Source of the DNA: Schmidtea nova
Taxonomy: Eukaryota
DNA: 64,000 bases
NCBI GenBank assembly: GCA_044892505.1
Contig: CM097882.1
Location: 240,622,001-240,686,000 of the forward strand
Direction of reading: 5' to 3'
Shown here piece by piece: positions 33,236-46,350 of the stretch. Under the pieces are notes generated by a model that was not told where the DNA came from, did not search any database, and worked only from the letters and a program-made list of their open reading frames with translations. How positions within the stretch are numbered: the stretch's first letter is position 1; every line of letters begins with the position of its first letter. The translations under genes were made by a program, and so were the position numbers.

Positions 33236-33612
33236 ATGGAGTAAGTTTTTAATTGAATAATTTATTATTTTTAATTAGTTCTATTCAGGTATTACAGCAA
33301 GGTAAAAAACTATTGGGAAACCAATTTATCGGAGTTTTTCCGTTAGATAAAATACCTTATTTGAAAATGAATCAAGCCATCATTGTAAATACTCACACTT
33401 CTACTTTGGGCGGTGAACATTGGATTGCGGTTTACGTGAAACCGGATCGAATACATGTATTTGATCCCTTTGGATGTTATTATCCCAATTTACTTGTTCG
33501 AAAATTGCAAACTATTGGTAAACCTATTGTGTATAATAGAATTCGGTATCAACATCCATTAACAACCACTTGCGGACAACATTGCCTTGCATGGCTAAAA
33601 TCAATGTTATAA
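33236..33612 (+). CDS. Adenain-like cysteine protease (ATGGA exon 33236-33240; 38-bp intron 33241-33278)
   Basis: GEHW, FDPFG and YQ....TTCGQHC catalytic motifs; splicing gives MDSIQV..FIGVFPLD; ATTGG-N20-TATAAATA upstream. Confidence 0.88.
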
Positions 33613-33645
33613 ACAATTTAGTTAAATAAATGTTATTGTAAAAAA

Positions 33646-34047
33646 ATGACTTGTTATTTTATTGATATTTATGGATATAATGAAATGGGTGGAACAACAA
33701 TTAAGGAATTATGTATTATGAATGTAAATAGTATTTTCACACCCTTGTATTATATATACAGTGATTTGTCTTTCTGGACTGATCGTTTAGAATCGTTTGA
33801 AGGACAAGATTATTTTTGCCCAAAATGTATAATGGATGATATTGAAGATAAAGGAGCTATTTTCTATGTTACAGATAATGAAAAGTTGCAAGTTTTGAAG
33901 AAATATTTCCCGAAATTGAGATTAATTAAATATAATTTTAAAGAATTTGAAGATGTTCCAGAAAATATCTCATGTCCATATAAAGACCATAGTATGTGTG
34001 CATATAAAGAATGCTTGTCTGGTGTAATAGATTATTTAAAACAATAA
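33646..34047 (+). CDS. Polinton accessory protein, possible Maelstrom/DEDD-like fold, 133 aa
   Basis: FIDIYGY....IKEL.I, FYVTDNEK and C-x3-H-x2-CA pattern. Confidence 0.45.
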   Translation: MTCYFIDIYGYNEMGGTTIKELCIMNVNSIFTPLYYIYSDLSFWTDRLESFEGQDYFCPKCIMDDIEDKGAIFYVTDNEKLQVLKKYFPKLRLIKYNFKEFEDVPENISCPYKDHSMCAYKECLSGVIDYLKQ

Positions 34048-34576
34048 ATATATTATTCGTGTTTTATTTTTATTATTATTAATATTTTCATAAACTTGCA
34101 GAATTCACATCCAATTTGCAGATAAACATCCATCTAGCAATACTTTTCGATTATCATAAAGAAATTGCATGCAGACACGCATGCAGACACTCAATTTTTT
34201 CACATATAAATTGACTTGGGTGTATTCACATCTGCATCTACACCCATAAGATATTTCATAAACTCATTAGTCACGTAGTGTCTTTGTATCATTGCATCCG
34301 ACATGCTTCGTGCAATATAACAAAGACATAACTCATACTTGGTGAGTTAATTATTAACACACATACTTGGTGAGTGATTTTTAACATACATACTTAGTGT
34401 GCACACATACTTTTTCTACCCTATCTCACTTGTGATTGGTTCGTGAATAAAGTTTGTAATAAAGTTTGTAATAAAGTTTGTAATAAACGTGATATATACT
34501 ATATGTTTTCATTATTTCATCACAATTAAAACAAATCATTTAAAAACATTATAAAATTATTATTTTACAAAGAAAA

Positions 34577-37500
34577 ATGCAGAACCTTTCAAGAGATATC
34601 AAAAATATGATGAAGAAAAATGGTAATTTTTAATCTATTTTATTAATTATTTTTATAAAAATATATAATTTTTTCAGTTAACTTTAATTCTACAATGAAT
34701 GTCGTCAGCGTCCCTATGCTCGAAAATAAAAATGCAAATGGTAAAAAATTTTAAATTTTTAAAAATAATAAATTATTATTATTTGCATTTTAGTTAGAAA
34801 TGTCGAATTCTCAAATCAGTTCTATGCTGCAAGTCGAAATGAGAAACTAAATGTGGATATAGATGGTAATAATTTCATATTTGATATTTTCTTTATTAAT
34901 TTACAATTAATTTTATAGCAGAAAATAATCACCAAAATGAAGAAAATAATCTTGTAAATAAGCAAGAAAATGTAGAAAATAAATATGAAAATGGAGCAGA
35001 AATCAATGATGTGTTTGATGAGCGATTTAATGGTAGACAAAAATGTAAGTAATTTTTATTTATTTTATATAAATTTTTATTAAATTTTAAGTTTTTATTA
35101 AGTGTTAATGTTTTTATAATTTAAATTTAAGATATCTTATTAGTAANNNNNNNNNNNNNNNNNNNNNNNNNNNNNNNNNNNNNNNNNNNNNNNNNNNNNN
35201 NNNNNNNNNNNNNNNNNNNNNNNNNNNNNNNNNNNNNNNNNNNNNNNNNNNNNNNNNNNNNNNNNNNNNNNNNNNNNNNNNNNNNNNNNNNNNNNNNNNN
35301 NNNNNNNNNNNNNNNNNNNNNNNNNNNNNNNNNNNNNNNNNNNNNNNNNNNNNNNNNNNNNNNNNNNNNNNNNNNNNNNNNNNNNNNNNNNNNNNNNNNN
35401 NNNNNNNNNNNNNNNNNNNNNNNNNNNNNNNNNNNNNNNNNNNNNNNNNNNNNNNNNNNNNNNNNNNNNNNNNNNNNAATAAATTCAATATTAGTTTAGT
35501 AATAGAATAAAATAATTGTTATTTTAAAATATTTTGATAAATATTTTTATTATTGTATTTTAATTCAGGCCGTCTTTATACTGCATATTGCAATAGTACT
35601 TTTCATAATAACTGTCATGTAGTTATGGAAAAGTACTATTCGCTAAAATATAACAGTGTCACCCACCTAATATGTCCCACATGTAAAACTGAAGAAGCAA
35701 TAGGTTATACAGAATTTTACAATAAGCATAAAAATCATCTATCTCAATTTAAACCATCAAAAAAGAATCTTTTTAACTCAATTAATATTACAAAAAATGT
35801 TTTACAAACTAATATACAACAAAATTTACCAAAAGAATATATTTCATCAAAAACTAATGTGGACAGCGATCCCATCAAAATAAATAAAAGAAAACTAAAT
35901 GATAATGTGGATTGTGTTCCCACAAAATTAATGAAAACCACAAACAATAAGGAAACAATGACCGATAATGTGGACTGCGTTCCCAAATTATTAAGTAATA
36001 ATAATAATATTAATGTGGACTGCGTTCCCAAATTATTAAGTAATAATAATAATATTAATGTGGACTGCGTTCCCAAATTATTAAATAATAATAATTATTA
36101 TAATTATAATAATAATATTAATGTGGACTGCGTTCCCAACAAATTAATTGAAATAGTTGAAATCAGTGATGACGAAGAAGTAATTGTCATCAGTGATGAG
36201 GAAATTGTCATTTCGTCTGATGAAGAAATGATACCTTTAATTAATCAGGTTGGATCTGGTCTTGTAGAGATTGAATCTGATTTAAATAAATCGCATATAA
36301 TTATAAAGATGGACGTCTCGCGTTTCAACTTTAAATCTTTATCTGTTCCGACTATCCTTTTAAATAAATTAAATGATGTTGTTATAAAAATGCAATCAGT
36401 TAAAATTCAATTTTGTATAAAGGTAGAATTTGAGAAGGATAATGAATATCATCTCAAATTCTGCCCGGCTTTGGAGTAATACTTTCATTGATGAAGGTAT
36501 TACACTTCTTAATGAAAAAATAACCCAAATGAATGAAAAGGGTTCAAATTGGGTAATTAACAAAATTGAATATATTAGTTTTGTATTAACTAAATATTCA
36601 CAAATTTCACGATTAAGCGGCCGACAATTTTTTGATACGCCGACTTCACTTAAACGTAAAAACTGCATAGTTAATGTTATTAACACCGATGAACTATGTT
36701 TCCTATATAGTGTTTTATCAGTCCTAAAATATGACGAAATTGATGATGATTTACGCAATCAACCTTCTTCTTATAATCTTTCTTCTCTTCGTTTTGACCC
36801 ACAAGATATGCCCATGAAACTTCAGAACATTGCTAAATTTGAACTGCTAAATCCTGGGTTATCAATTAATGTTTTGTCGTAAAATGAAAAAGCATTAATT
36901 GATTTAACAAATAAAGACGAGGTGTTGAAACATCCATTCATCGACATAATTTATAAAAGTAAGATTGTTTCTCCCACACCTATAAATTTATTATTATTGG
37001 AAAAGAAAGATAAATTTCATTACACTGGTATAAATGATATAAACAAATTTTTAAATTGTAAAAATGCTTCAATTACCCAAGTGAGAATTTCTTGTAAATG
37101 GTGTCCTAGGTGTCTTAACGGCTTTCGAAATAATGATACTTTTCTTCGTCATCGTGGTCTTTGCGATAAAAACCAATTAGGTACAACCTTGTATACCTTA
37201 CCCGAAAATCCCCTTCTCGAATTTGATGACTGGAAGAAAACTGTCACTCCTCCCTTTGTAATCTATGCTGATTTCGAAGCAATCTTGCCTAAGGACGCTA
37301 AATATTATCAGAAACACTTACCCTTTTCAGCAGGGCTTTTGTGTATTAATAATCTCACTGGAGATAAATTTTATAAATCTTTTTACGGATCGGAATGTGT
37401 AGATCAATTTCTCCATGAAATTGAGAAAATTAGTAAAAATATTGTAACACCTTTTTACTATAATAATTTTAATAAACCTATTATTTTAACCGACGAGGTC

Positions 37501-39633
37501 ATTGAAAATTTTTGTACCTCCACTCATTGCTATTTATGTAAAAAATTAATTGAGAAACCTGTTATGGATCATGATCATTATAACGGGAAGTATCTTGGAG
37601 CAGCTTGCTCAAAATGCAATCTTTCGCGACAAATTCGTCACAATCTGCCAGTTGTGTTCCATCATATCCTCAAATTTGGCTTGTCTAAATATGAGAAATG
37701 GAATATAAGCTGTGTCCCAGTAACTAGTGAGAAATTTCTAAGTCTTTACGCGAGAATTGGTTCACTGACTGTAAAATTCATTGATTCTTATCAGTTTGTC
37801 AATAAATCTCTCGATACAGCTGTGAAAACATTAACATCATTTCCTTTGACTTCATCTGAATTCACGGGTTCAATAATAACATCTAAGGGAGTTTTCCCAT
37901 ATGATGCTGCTACATCGTTGCAAGTTTTGAGGTCAACTTCTGAATTACCACCAATTTGGAGTGGTGTGACCGATTCTGAATATGAAATGGCTAAAAGAAT
38001 ATGGAGAGAGACCAATTGTAATTCGCTTTTCGATTACATGATGGTCTATTTGAAACTCGACGTATTTCTTTTGGCAGATTATTTCCAACAATTTCGTGCA
38101 AGGAGTATCGCACACAATAAACTCGAGCCACTAAATTTTCTGGGAATTCCAGGTATGAGTTGGAGTTCGGCTCTTATGACTTTGGAACATCCCATTACAC
38201 TGTTAACTGACATGGAGATGTATAACTTCTTTAAGGGTGGTATCAGAGGAGGGTTAACTTTCGTAAATAAACATTTTGTTCAATCAAGTTCACATACAGA
38301 GCTGTTGTATATAGATATCAACAACCTGTATGGCTGGGCTTTATCTCAAAACTTACCGGGCGGAGACTTTGTTTGGGTCACGGATGACCAATTATTAAAT
38401 AATATATTAATTGAATGCACTACGGTAGATCTAAGTCTGCTTAGCTATGGTTATACCATAGAAGTAGACTTAGAAATACCGGCATCTATTCACGACTACG
38501 TGGATGATCTTCCACTAGCCGCTGAAAAGATGTGTGCTCCTGGCTCAAAGGTTGAAAAATTGATGTTAACACATTATTCAAAAACAAATTATGTTCTCCA
38601 TTGGAGACTTTTACAAATATTTTTACAATTAGGTGTTATAGTCACAAAAACACACAGAGCAATTCGTTTCTCACAAAGTAAATTGTTCAAAGATTATGTG
38701 GACACCAACACAAATTTAAGAGCTTCATCCACCACAAAGATAGATAAAGACTTTTATAAATTATTAAACAACAGTCTTTACGGCAAGACTGTTGAAAATT
38801 TAAAGAAACGCATTAATTTGCGTTTGTGCAATTCTACAACAAAATTAATGACATATTGTAGTAGTCCATATTTCCGTAGTACTACCAAAATTGATCATAA
38901 TTTGATTTCAGTCTTGCTAAGGAAGCAATCAGTGTGTTTAGATAGACCTAGTTACATCAGTCAGACTGTACTAGATCTATCTAAACTGAGAATGTACCAG
39001 CTACAATATAATGAGCTGCAAAAATATCGCGAACAATTTGACTGCGTAATAAATATTGTAGCTGGAGACACTGATTCCTTCTTTTTGGAAATCAAAAACT
39101 GCAAACTAAATATTCTTTTGTCCGCGATGATTAGGGATGAATTATTAGATACATCCAATTATGACCCTAATCATCCATTGTATTCGAGGAGCCTTGATTC
39201 TGTCATTGGAAAATTCAAAGACGAGAATAAAGGACTCAAATACAATGAGTGGGTATTTTTACGACCAAAATGTTATAGCTTGCTGGGTGATGAGGAATGT
39301 ATAAAAGCAAAGGTAATAACATTGAAAGATGCGGGGCTTCATCATGCGAAATACTTTGACTGTTATAAGAATAATAAAATATATACAGTTCCACAGTTTA
39401 GGATCATCAGCAAAAAATCATCAACTATACAGCATAAATAATCACAAAACAGCACTGACATGTAACGATGACAAACGCAACTGGGTTGCAAAAAATAAAT
39501 CTTTGGCATATGGACACTATCGGGGGGGTGACACTTTTATAGATGATCCTCCGATTGATCCAGACCAAGAGTCCAGGAGAATAACCGAATACCTGGAACG
39601 GCGAGCAAGACAATTGCAAAATGAGCCGTCAAC
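34577..39633 (+). pseudogene. polB: Protein-primed family B DNA polymerase with a spliced 5' region; frameshifts near 36450 and 39412, nonsense at 36880
   Basis: IYADFEA, DHDH.NG.YLGAAC..CNL, KFIDSYQF, KGVFPY, YIDINNLYGWA, KLLNNSLYGK, AGDTDS, GKFKDE, RPKCYS, DDKR..AYGHY. 5' exons 34577-34622, 34678-34740, 34794-34865 and 34919-35044 are joined by phase-1 GT-AG introns. Confidence 0.92.
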
Positions 39634-40304
39634 NNNNNNNNNNNNNNNNNNNNNNNNNNNNNNNNNNNNNNNNNNNNNNNNNNNNNNNNNNNNNNNNNNN
39701 NNNNNNNNNNNNNNNNNNNNNNNNNNNNNNNNNNNNNNNNNNNNNNNNNNNNNNNNNNNNNNNNNNNNNNNNNNNNNNNNNNNNNNNNNNNNNNNNNNNN
39801 NNNNNNNNNNNNNNNNNNNNNNNNNNNNNNNNNNNNNNNNNNNNNNNNNNNNNNNNNNNNNNNNNNNNNNNNNNNNNNNNNNNNNNNNNNNNNNNNNNNN
39901 NNNNNNNNNNNNNNNNNNNNNNNNNNNNCATCAATCAAACAATCATTCAATCAATCAAAAAGTTTTTAATCAATAAAACAGAAATCTTACAACCTACACA
40001 ATTCGTAAAATAATTTAGAAGCTCAATCCACATTTCAATCAATCAATCCACATATTAATCAATGCAAATTGTGAATAAATTTTGTGTTAACATTTTTATT
40101 TGTAAAATATTTGAATATAAGTTATAACTTATTCTCAGTTTTAATTATTTTGTCTTAGTTTTTATTATTAATAACATCATTATTATTATAAATTATTCAA
40201 CCATTTTGGTAGGTAAATTAACAAATGTATTTTTATTTTAGTTTTTATTTAGTTTAAGTTATTTATTTAAGTTAGGTTTTTATATAATATTGTTTTAAAG
40301 AAAA

Positions 40305-42185
40305 GGATATAAGTTTAATAACAATTTTTATAACTAAATAAAGTTTATTAAAAAGATGTTATGCTGAGTATTAAGGTGTTATTTAGTTTTTAAATAAGTA
40401 ATTATAAATTTACTTTAAACATTCTTTTTATTAGTTAAAGTGTTATTTATTTTTTAATAGGTTATTATAGATTGACTCTAAAAGGTTTTAATTAGTTAAA
40501 TAGTTGTTTTTAATAAGATATTTTTATTAAAGGTATAATTTGAAAATGAATTTATTAAACAAATAAATATTAAAAACACACATGCATCAATTACATACAT
40601 GCAGCAAAACATGTTACAAAGACACGTGACAAAGACATGCATAACGTGTGCAATACAAATGCATGATTCTGATTGGACAAAGACATACACTCGTGACTAT
40701 AAATACAAAGACATTTTTTAAGATGTTGTCACAATTTATAAAATGCCAGCACGTAAATCAACTTATGACATTAGTGAAGAAAGAAAAATCAATAATGAAG
40801 TCAAACTAGTACAAATGTATTACGATTACAAAATTTATTTCTTGGTACAAGAAATACCGTTTCGTTTGTCATATCCAGTGAAATTAACAAAGTCAGTGTA
40901 TGACAGTTTAGCTGCAAATCTAAGTAAAGAAGATGTTGTTGCACTAAATAAAATTTTATTCAAAATCAATAACAATTTAAGTTGCAAGGAAACTATATGG
41001 ATCAACAACCGAAAAACCCGTTTCCATGATTCTTTCCAATCGATCGAATACAAGGATCAAGAAAATTGGTTTATTACCATAATCATTCAGAGATATAAAA
41101 TCTATACAAAAGATGTTATAACTCCAATTTGGAGAATTGACAGTGCACGATATGCATAAATGTTATTTTACAAATGTTATTTAATAAATGTTATTAATTT
41201 AAATTTTAGTTTTTGATTGTTGGAATTTTCATAAATTTTGTTATTTGTCTTAAACAACAAGGTCAGAAGAACGCACGTTCCACGCGCGCTCATTGCATAC
41301 TGTTATTTGTCTTAAACAACAAGGGAAGAAGAACGCGCGTGAAACGCGCGTTCAATGCGTACTTTTATTTGTCTCAAACACACACACACGCAAGATATCC
41401 GTGTACAAAAATATTATTAAAAGTTATATTTCATTAGTCTTTGTCTCGTTGCATTTACTTTGCAATGTCTGTGTTAAGTTGCATCTGCATTGCAATGTCC
41501 TTGTTTAAATTTAGGTAGGAAATTTTATAAAATAGTGATTGATAAATTTTACATACACACACACCATACATATTATACATATTATAAGGTTTTCAAATTT
41601 TTGAACCTTGGAACTTTCAAGGGTATGACCTTCGAACTCACCTTCAAAAGTCCTTTTGAATGATATGTATATTATAAGGTTTGAAAATTTTTGAAGGTTT
41701 AAGACCCTTGAAGGTTGAGCATACACAATAGACCTTCGAGGGTATGACTATCATACTTACCTCTCAATTACCTTTCGAATGATATCTATATTATAAGGTT
41801 TGAAAAGATTTGAAGGTTTTGGACCCTTTGAAGGTTCATGACCCTCCATAAACCTTCGAGGGTATGACCATTGTATAGACCTCTCAAGGACCTTTCGAAT
41901 GATACCCTTGTTTGAAGGTTTGACCTTATTTAACCTTTGGAAATTCAAATTTAAAATTTGAAATGAGTCATCGATGACGTCATAAAATTCGAATTTGAAA
42001 TGAGTCATCGATGAGTCATAGTGATGAGTCATCGATGAGTCATGCTAATGAGTCATACTGATGAGTCTTCGATGAGTCATCCGGGCGGGGGTGGGGTAGG
42101 GGTGACTCATGTTCTTTGTTATGAGTCATCGATGACGTCATTGTCTTTGTTTAACGATGAGTCAGAGGGCACATAACTGCCTACT
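40305..42185. repeat. Right TIR (1,881 bp)
   Basis: Reverse complement of 23912-25850. Confidence 0.95.
40743..41159 (+). CDS. TIR-encoded 138-aa accessory protein (mirror)
   Basis: Six amino-acid differences from 24996-25412. Confidence 0.75.
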   Translation: MPARKSTYDISEERKINNEVKLVQMYYDYKIYFLVQEIPFRLSYPVKLTKSVYDSLAANLSKEDVVALNKILFKINNNLSCKETIWINNRKTRFHDSFQSIEYKDQENWFITIIIQRYKIYTKDVITPIWRIDSARYA

Positions 42186-42515
42186 TATTTGTAAACCCGT
42201 TCATTTGAAATCCACAATATCCAATCTTTAACTACATTGTATTATTTATATAACACTGAAATTTTGAGAAAACTTATATAATTTGCATGTGTGGTTCAGT
42301 AATTAATTATACATAGAAACTGCACTGATTTACCATGACAAGTTTTGGTCAACTGGTACTCAAATAAACACTGATCATGTTCTTTACTAAAATCATTATA
42401 AAATACTAAACAGATGTGTTTTTACCAAAATATATGTTAAAGCATTCAAACTAACACATAAAATTCGTGAAGTATTTACAACTTACCTACTAAAGATTCA
42501 CAATAAAACTGTGAT

Positions 42516-43285
42516 TTAATCATTAAATAGTACTGTGGAGAGGGTAGCGGTTGTTTCTGAGATAGTGCGTGCTGGTTGAGTTGAGATTGTGTGCGTTGGA
42601 CGTGGTTTGCTGTGAGGAAGGGTGTTCACTGGCAGAAAGTCATCGGAGCGTCCAGGAATATCCGATGACTCGATTAGTCTTTTGCATGGTGGTGACTGCT
42701 GGTGTGTCATGTACATCCTTCGATGCACAATTTGGCTTCGTTCTTGAATAGGTGGTGGTGGATGCAGATTGGAATGACTGGGTAATGAGAATTGTAGGAA
42801 TTCGGAAGTGCAACCAATGCAGCTATTTTGTGCATATTTTCTAAATCGGCTGTGGAAATAGAAAATTAGTGGTGTGTTGATACAGGGTTGTACGTTTTGT
42901 GTGCGTGTTGCCGGTGGACGATTGGGGTGTTGTACTAGATGTAATTGCGATGTATGGTCGGGATATCTTTCGACGTTGCGAGCGTAGTGGTTTTCAGGTG
43001 TATGTGTTGCGTTGACAATGGGAGATGGTGGTAGTGGTGTGTAATTATCAGCGCACGGTTTATGTGGTTGAAGTGCGTAAATGCGGTCGGCTATTTTTGC
43101 TAGATGATATGGGTCTTCGGAGTCGACCAATGCAAGCTAGGTTTGTAGGTGGTAGTACAGTGCATAAAGGAATTGGTGTGTCAATAGGTGTGAATTTTTG
43201 GAGAGTCCAGGTATGGCCGCATCGTTTGAGCGAATGATCTCAGCCAAAAAGAGGCTCGGTTGTTGGCCTGAGTAGCGTTGTGGGG
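42516..43285 (-). mobile_element. Decayed Gypsy gag relic
   Basis: QPSLFLAEI..FLYAL..LALVDSEDPYHLAKIADRI and FYFHSRFRKYAQN resemble the PSQLL..LA..ADRI..CYYH.RFG..A..C gag family. Confidence 0.65.
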
Positions 43286-43860
43286 CTAATAACTTTTGTA
43301 GGGCTTACCAAATTCATCATAATACGCCGGTGTGCATTGTAAACTTTGAACTGCCATATTCATTTTATTCGTGAACAACACTGGTTTGATTTGTTCAACA
43401 ATAGCCTGTCGCAATAAGATCTCTGTTTGAATGCAGATTCCGGAAACACAATTCACAAAAACAATTGTTCCATCATTAACTCGCAATAACGCTTTCATTT
43501 CACTGCTGAAATCAATGTGGCCAGGAGAATCGATTAAATTTATTATAAATCCTTTTTTGTCAGTTTTCCCATCGTCACCTAACGTTACAGGTTGACCATA
43601 TTTTACAGTAGCTAAATTGCAATCAGGCATTTCATTGTACATAGAAAAAGCTGTAGATTTTATGATTATGCATCTTCCCTGTTCATCTTTTCTTGAATCT
43701 GTAAATCTAGCCTCATCGGCTTTGGTACCTGCTATGATACCATCTTTACTCACTAACGAATCTGTTGAGTTAGACTTTTCTTGGTCAACATAATTTATGG
43801 AATTCATATTTACATTCATAAAAATTAATTTACGAAACAGGATATCTTTATCTGCAATGT
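43286..43860 (-). pseudogene. EEF2: Processed eukaryotic elongation factor 2 fragment (N-terminal GTPase part)
   Basis: [48 protein letters not shown] and [18 protein letters not shown]; no introns over about 190 codons. Confidence 0.9.
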
Positions 43861-43869
43861 TTATATTCA

Positions 43870-44360
43870 AATGACAAAAATTAAAAATTCCAAAATATTC
43901 CAGAAGCGTTTATTTCAAATTAAATTCAAATTAGATTCAAAGCACCATCAAAATCTAAATTGTTCTCAAACACTAAATTCCCTTTTTTTTAAATTTCCAG
44001 CAAAAATTCCAATTCAATTGGATTAATAAAACAAATCCAATAATCAAACGTTTTAAAAATCCAAAAATAATTGATTCCGAAATTCCATCAAAAAATAACA
44101 ACAATTGAAAGAATTCGACCCAAACGCGCACACAGACGCGAGAAAATAAAGAATAAATAAAGCATGCGCACACAGACGCGAAAGAATCATAACGCGCACA
44201 TAGACGCGAATTAAACTAAACATATAACTATGCGCACACAGACGCTGATAATAACGCACACACAGACGCAATTAAGCTAAAATACGCACACAGACGCGAT
44301 TAAAACTACAAATGCCACTGCACACACACACACATAGGCTCAAAGTTTGAGCCAGGATTA
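43870..44360 (-). repeat. T/G-rich tract with six GCGTCTGTGTGCGC-like motifs
   Basis: gcgcacacagacgc at 44126, 44166 and 44232, with variants at 44194, about 44256 and 44284; starts with TAATCCTGGCTC, also at 55538. Confidence 0.8.
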
Positions 44361-46350
44361 TCCATTATTATTATTTTAATAAATATATAATTANNNNNNN
44401 NNNNNNNNNNNNNNNNNNNNNNNNNNNNNNNNNNNNNNNNNNNNNNNNNNNNNNNNNNNNNNNNNNNNNNNNNNNNNNNNNNNNNNNNNNNNNNNNNNNN
44501 NNNNNNNNNNNNNNNNNNNNNGTAGATTTGACTAGGAAAAGCCGGAGAAGAAACTAAAAAAATTACTATTTTATTAAATATTTATAAGTGAGGGTGGGGG
44601 GTTGTTATCCTTTGAATGAATCATGCCAGTCGTTGTGGTGGACGACCTTAAGCCAACCTAATGGGAGGCCTCTGCGATGATTAGGTTTTTAGTTTTTTAA
44701 AAGTTTTTTACCAAAATAATAATTAAATTTGGTCAAAGTGGCTATGACTATGTCTTGCCAGGACATGAAACAATACTTTGTGGATGATGTCTTGGTAGCT
44801 ATCTACCCTTGATTATCTGAACATGATCGCTATAGATAGCGAACTATTGATGCCCAGGTCCTATTGGCCCCACTTTGGGGGGATGGCAGCCATGACCCTT
44901 GTGGGTGCGATTACTTGCCCAGCATGTCTTTTAGGCACAGGCATTTAATCACTGCTCTTTAGGACTGGCAATATTAAGCACAAGTTCTTCAATCCTGTCT
45001 TCTCTTTTCTTGATAAATTAATAATAATAAAAATAATGAGACTATAATAATAATAATTTTAAAAATAACACTAATTAAAATAGTAATAAAAAATAGTATC
45101 AATAATAATGTTAATTAATATCAATAACAATTATTAAAAATTTTAAAAAATTAATAATAAATATTGAAAATAATAATTAGAAAAATAACACTTAAAAAAT
45201 AGTAATAATAAAAAATTTTTTTCACACGATGCCATATTTTGATCTTTGACACCAATTTAAGCTTGAAAAAACAAATGGTCGATTCAAAATGGTTGACAAT
45301 ATTTTGATTTTTTACATTAAAATTCAAATTGGCGTAAAATTTTGACCTTACATTGTAAGGCTTACAATACAAAATGGCGTAAAAAATGAAAAATCGGGAG
45401 GGAGGGTAGGGGCATTGGTTATGTAGATAGCCAACATCCTATTACCTACTTGTGTTTAAATAATTGATTATTTGGCACTTTTTATAAAATTTTAATTAAA
45501 TAAATTTTTGTCGGAATTGAAGACTTTTAAAACAGAGTTTAAATTAACTAAATCAAATTACATTTATAAATTAAAACAAAAATTTAAAATCTTATCAAAA
45601 TTAAGATAAGAAATGCAATAAATATTTCATTAAATTGACATAAATTCTCAACGTCAGTAAAATCAATTAATAAAATCCATAAAATTCATCAGATCGATTT
45701 GACTGATTTTTCATTATTCTTTGTGATGTGCACATTGATCCAATTCCTATTTGAACGTTTTATGTAATATTCCAATTTTATGATGTTTGCTATTCTCCGA
45801 TCTTCCAATACATACATTGTTGTCTCGATAGATGAGATTTGAAAAAAATAAGGCAAACAAAAATCCTATAATTACCTCTTTTAGAATGGATGTAGAATAA
45901 AGAAGTAGCTAAACAATCCTATATAAACCTGTAGAAAAGAGATTTATAATGAGTATTTCAGGTCACGTAGCTTGCCTATTCATTAGCGGTCTACATTTCT
46001 AACACATCGGGCGAAGAGTGTTTGTATTGCGATTGTGAGCGTGATTAGTTTTTATGCGGGTGTCAAATTAAACTCGGATGAACTGAAAATCAAGAAGATC
46101 TCATCCATTTATTTGACTACTAAGCCTAGTAAAATATATTTGCAAAGCAAAAACATTTTGTAAATGATAATAACATTTCCCCATCTTGTTTTTCTACGTC
46201 TTGATAAAGAACCTCAGTAATTGACACCATACGCGGTTGAACGATTGATAATGAATTTTCCGCTATCGTTTGGCAATTGTAGGAAAAGGATTAAATGGAT
46301 TATCATTTTCTTTATCACTTTCAAACAAATATTAAAAAAAAATTGATTAC

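Larger units (their letters stand above)
23912..42185 (+). mobile_element. Full-length Polinton/Maverick (adintovirus-like) provirus, 18,274 bp including a nested insertion and two gaps
   Basis: AGTAG...CTACT termini, 6-bp TSD TATTTG (23906-23911 and 42186-42191), long TIRs, full pPolB/INT/ATPase/PRO/MCP/mCP set. Confidence 0.97.

Noticed and set aside
34060-34400. Possible small minus-strand gene between the 133-aa ORF and polB
   Set aside because: Only short broken frames and a threefold CATACTTGGTGAG-like repeat; no supportable model.
44126-44297. CRISPR-like repeat-spacer appearance of the GCGTCTGTGTGCGC array
   Set aside because: Eukaryotic context, 14-bp repeats, irregular AT-rich spacers and no cas genes.
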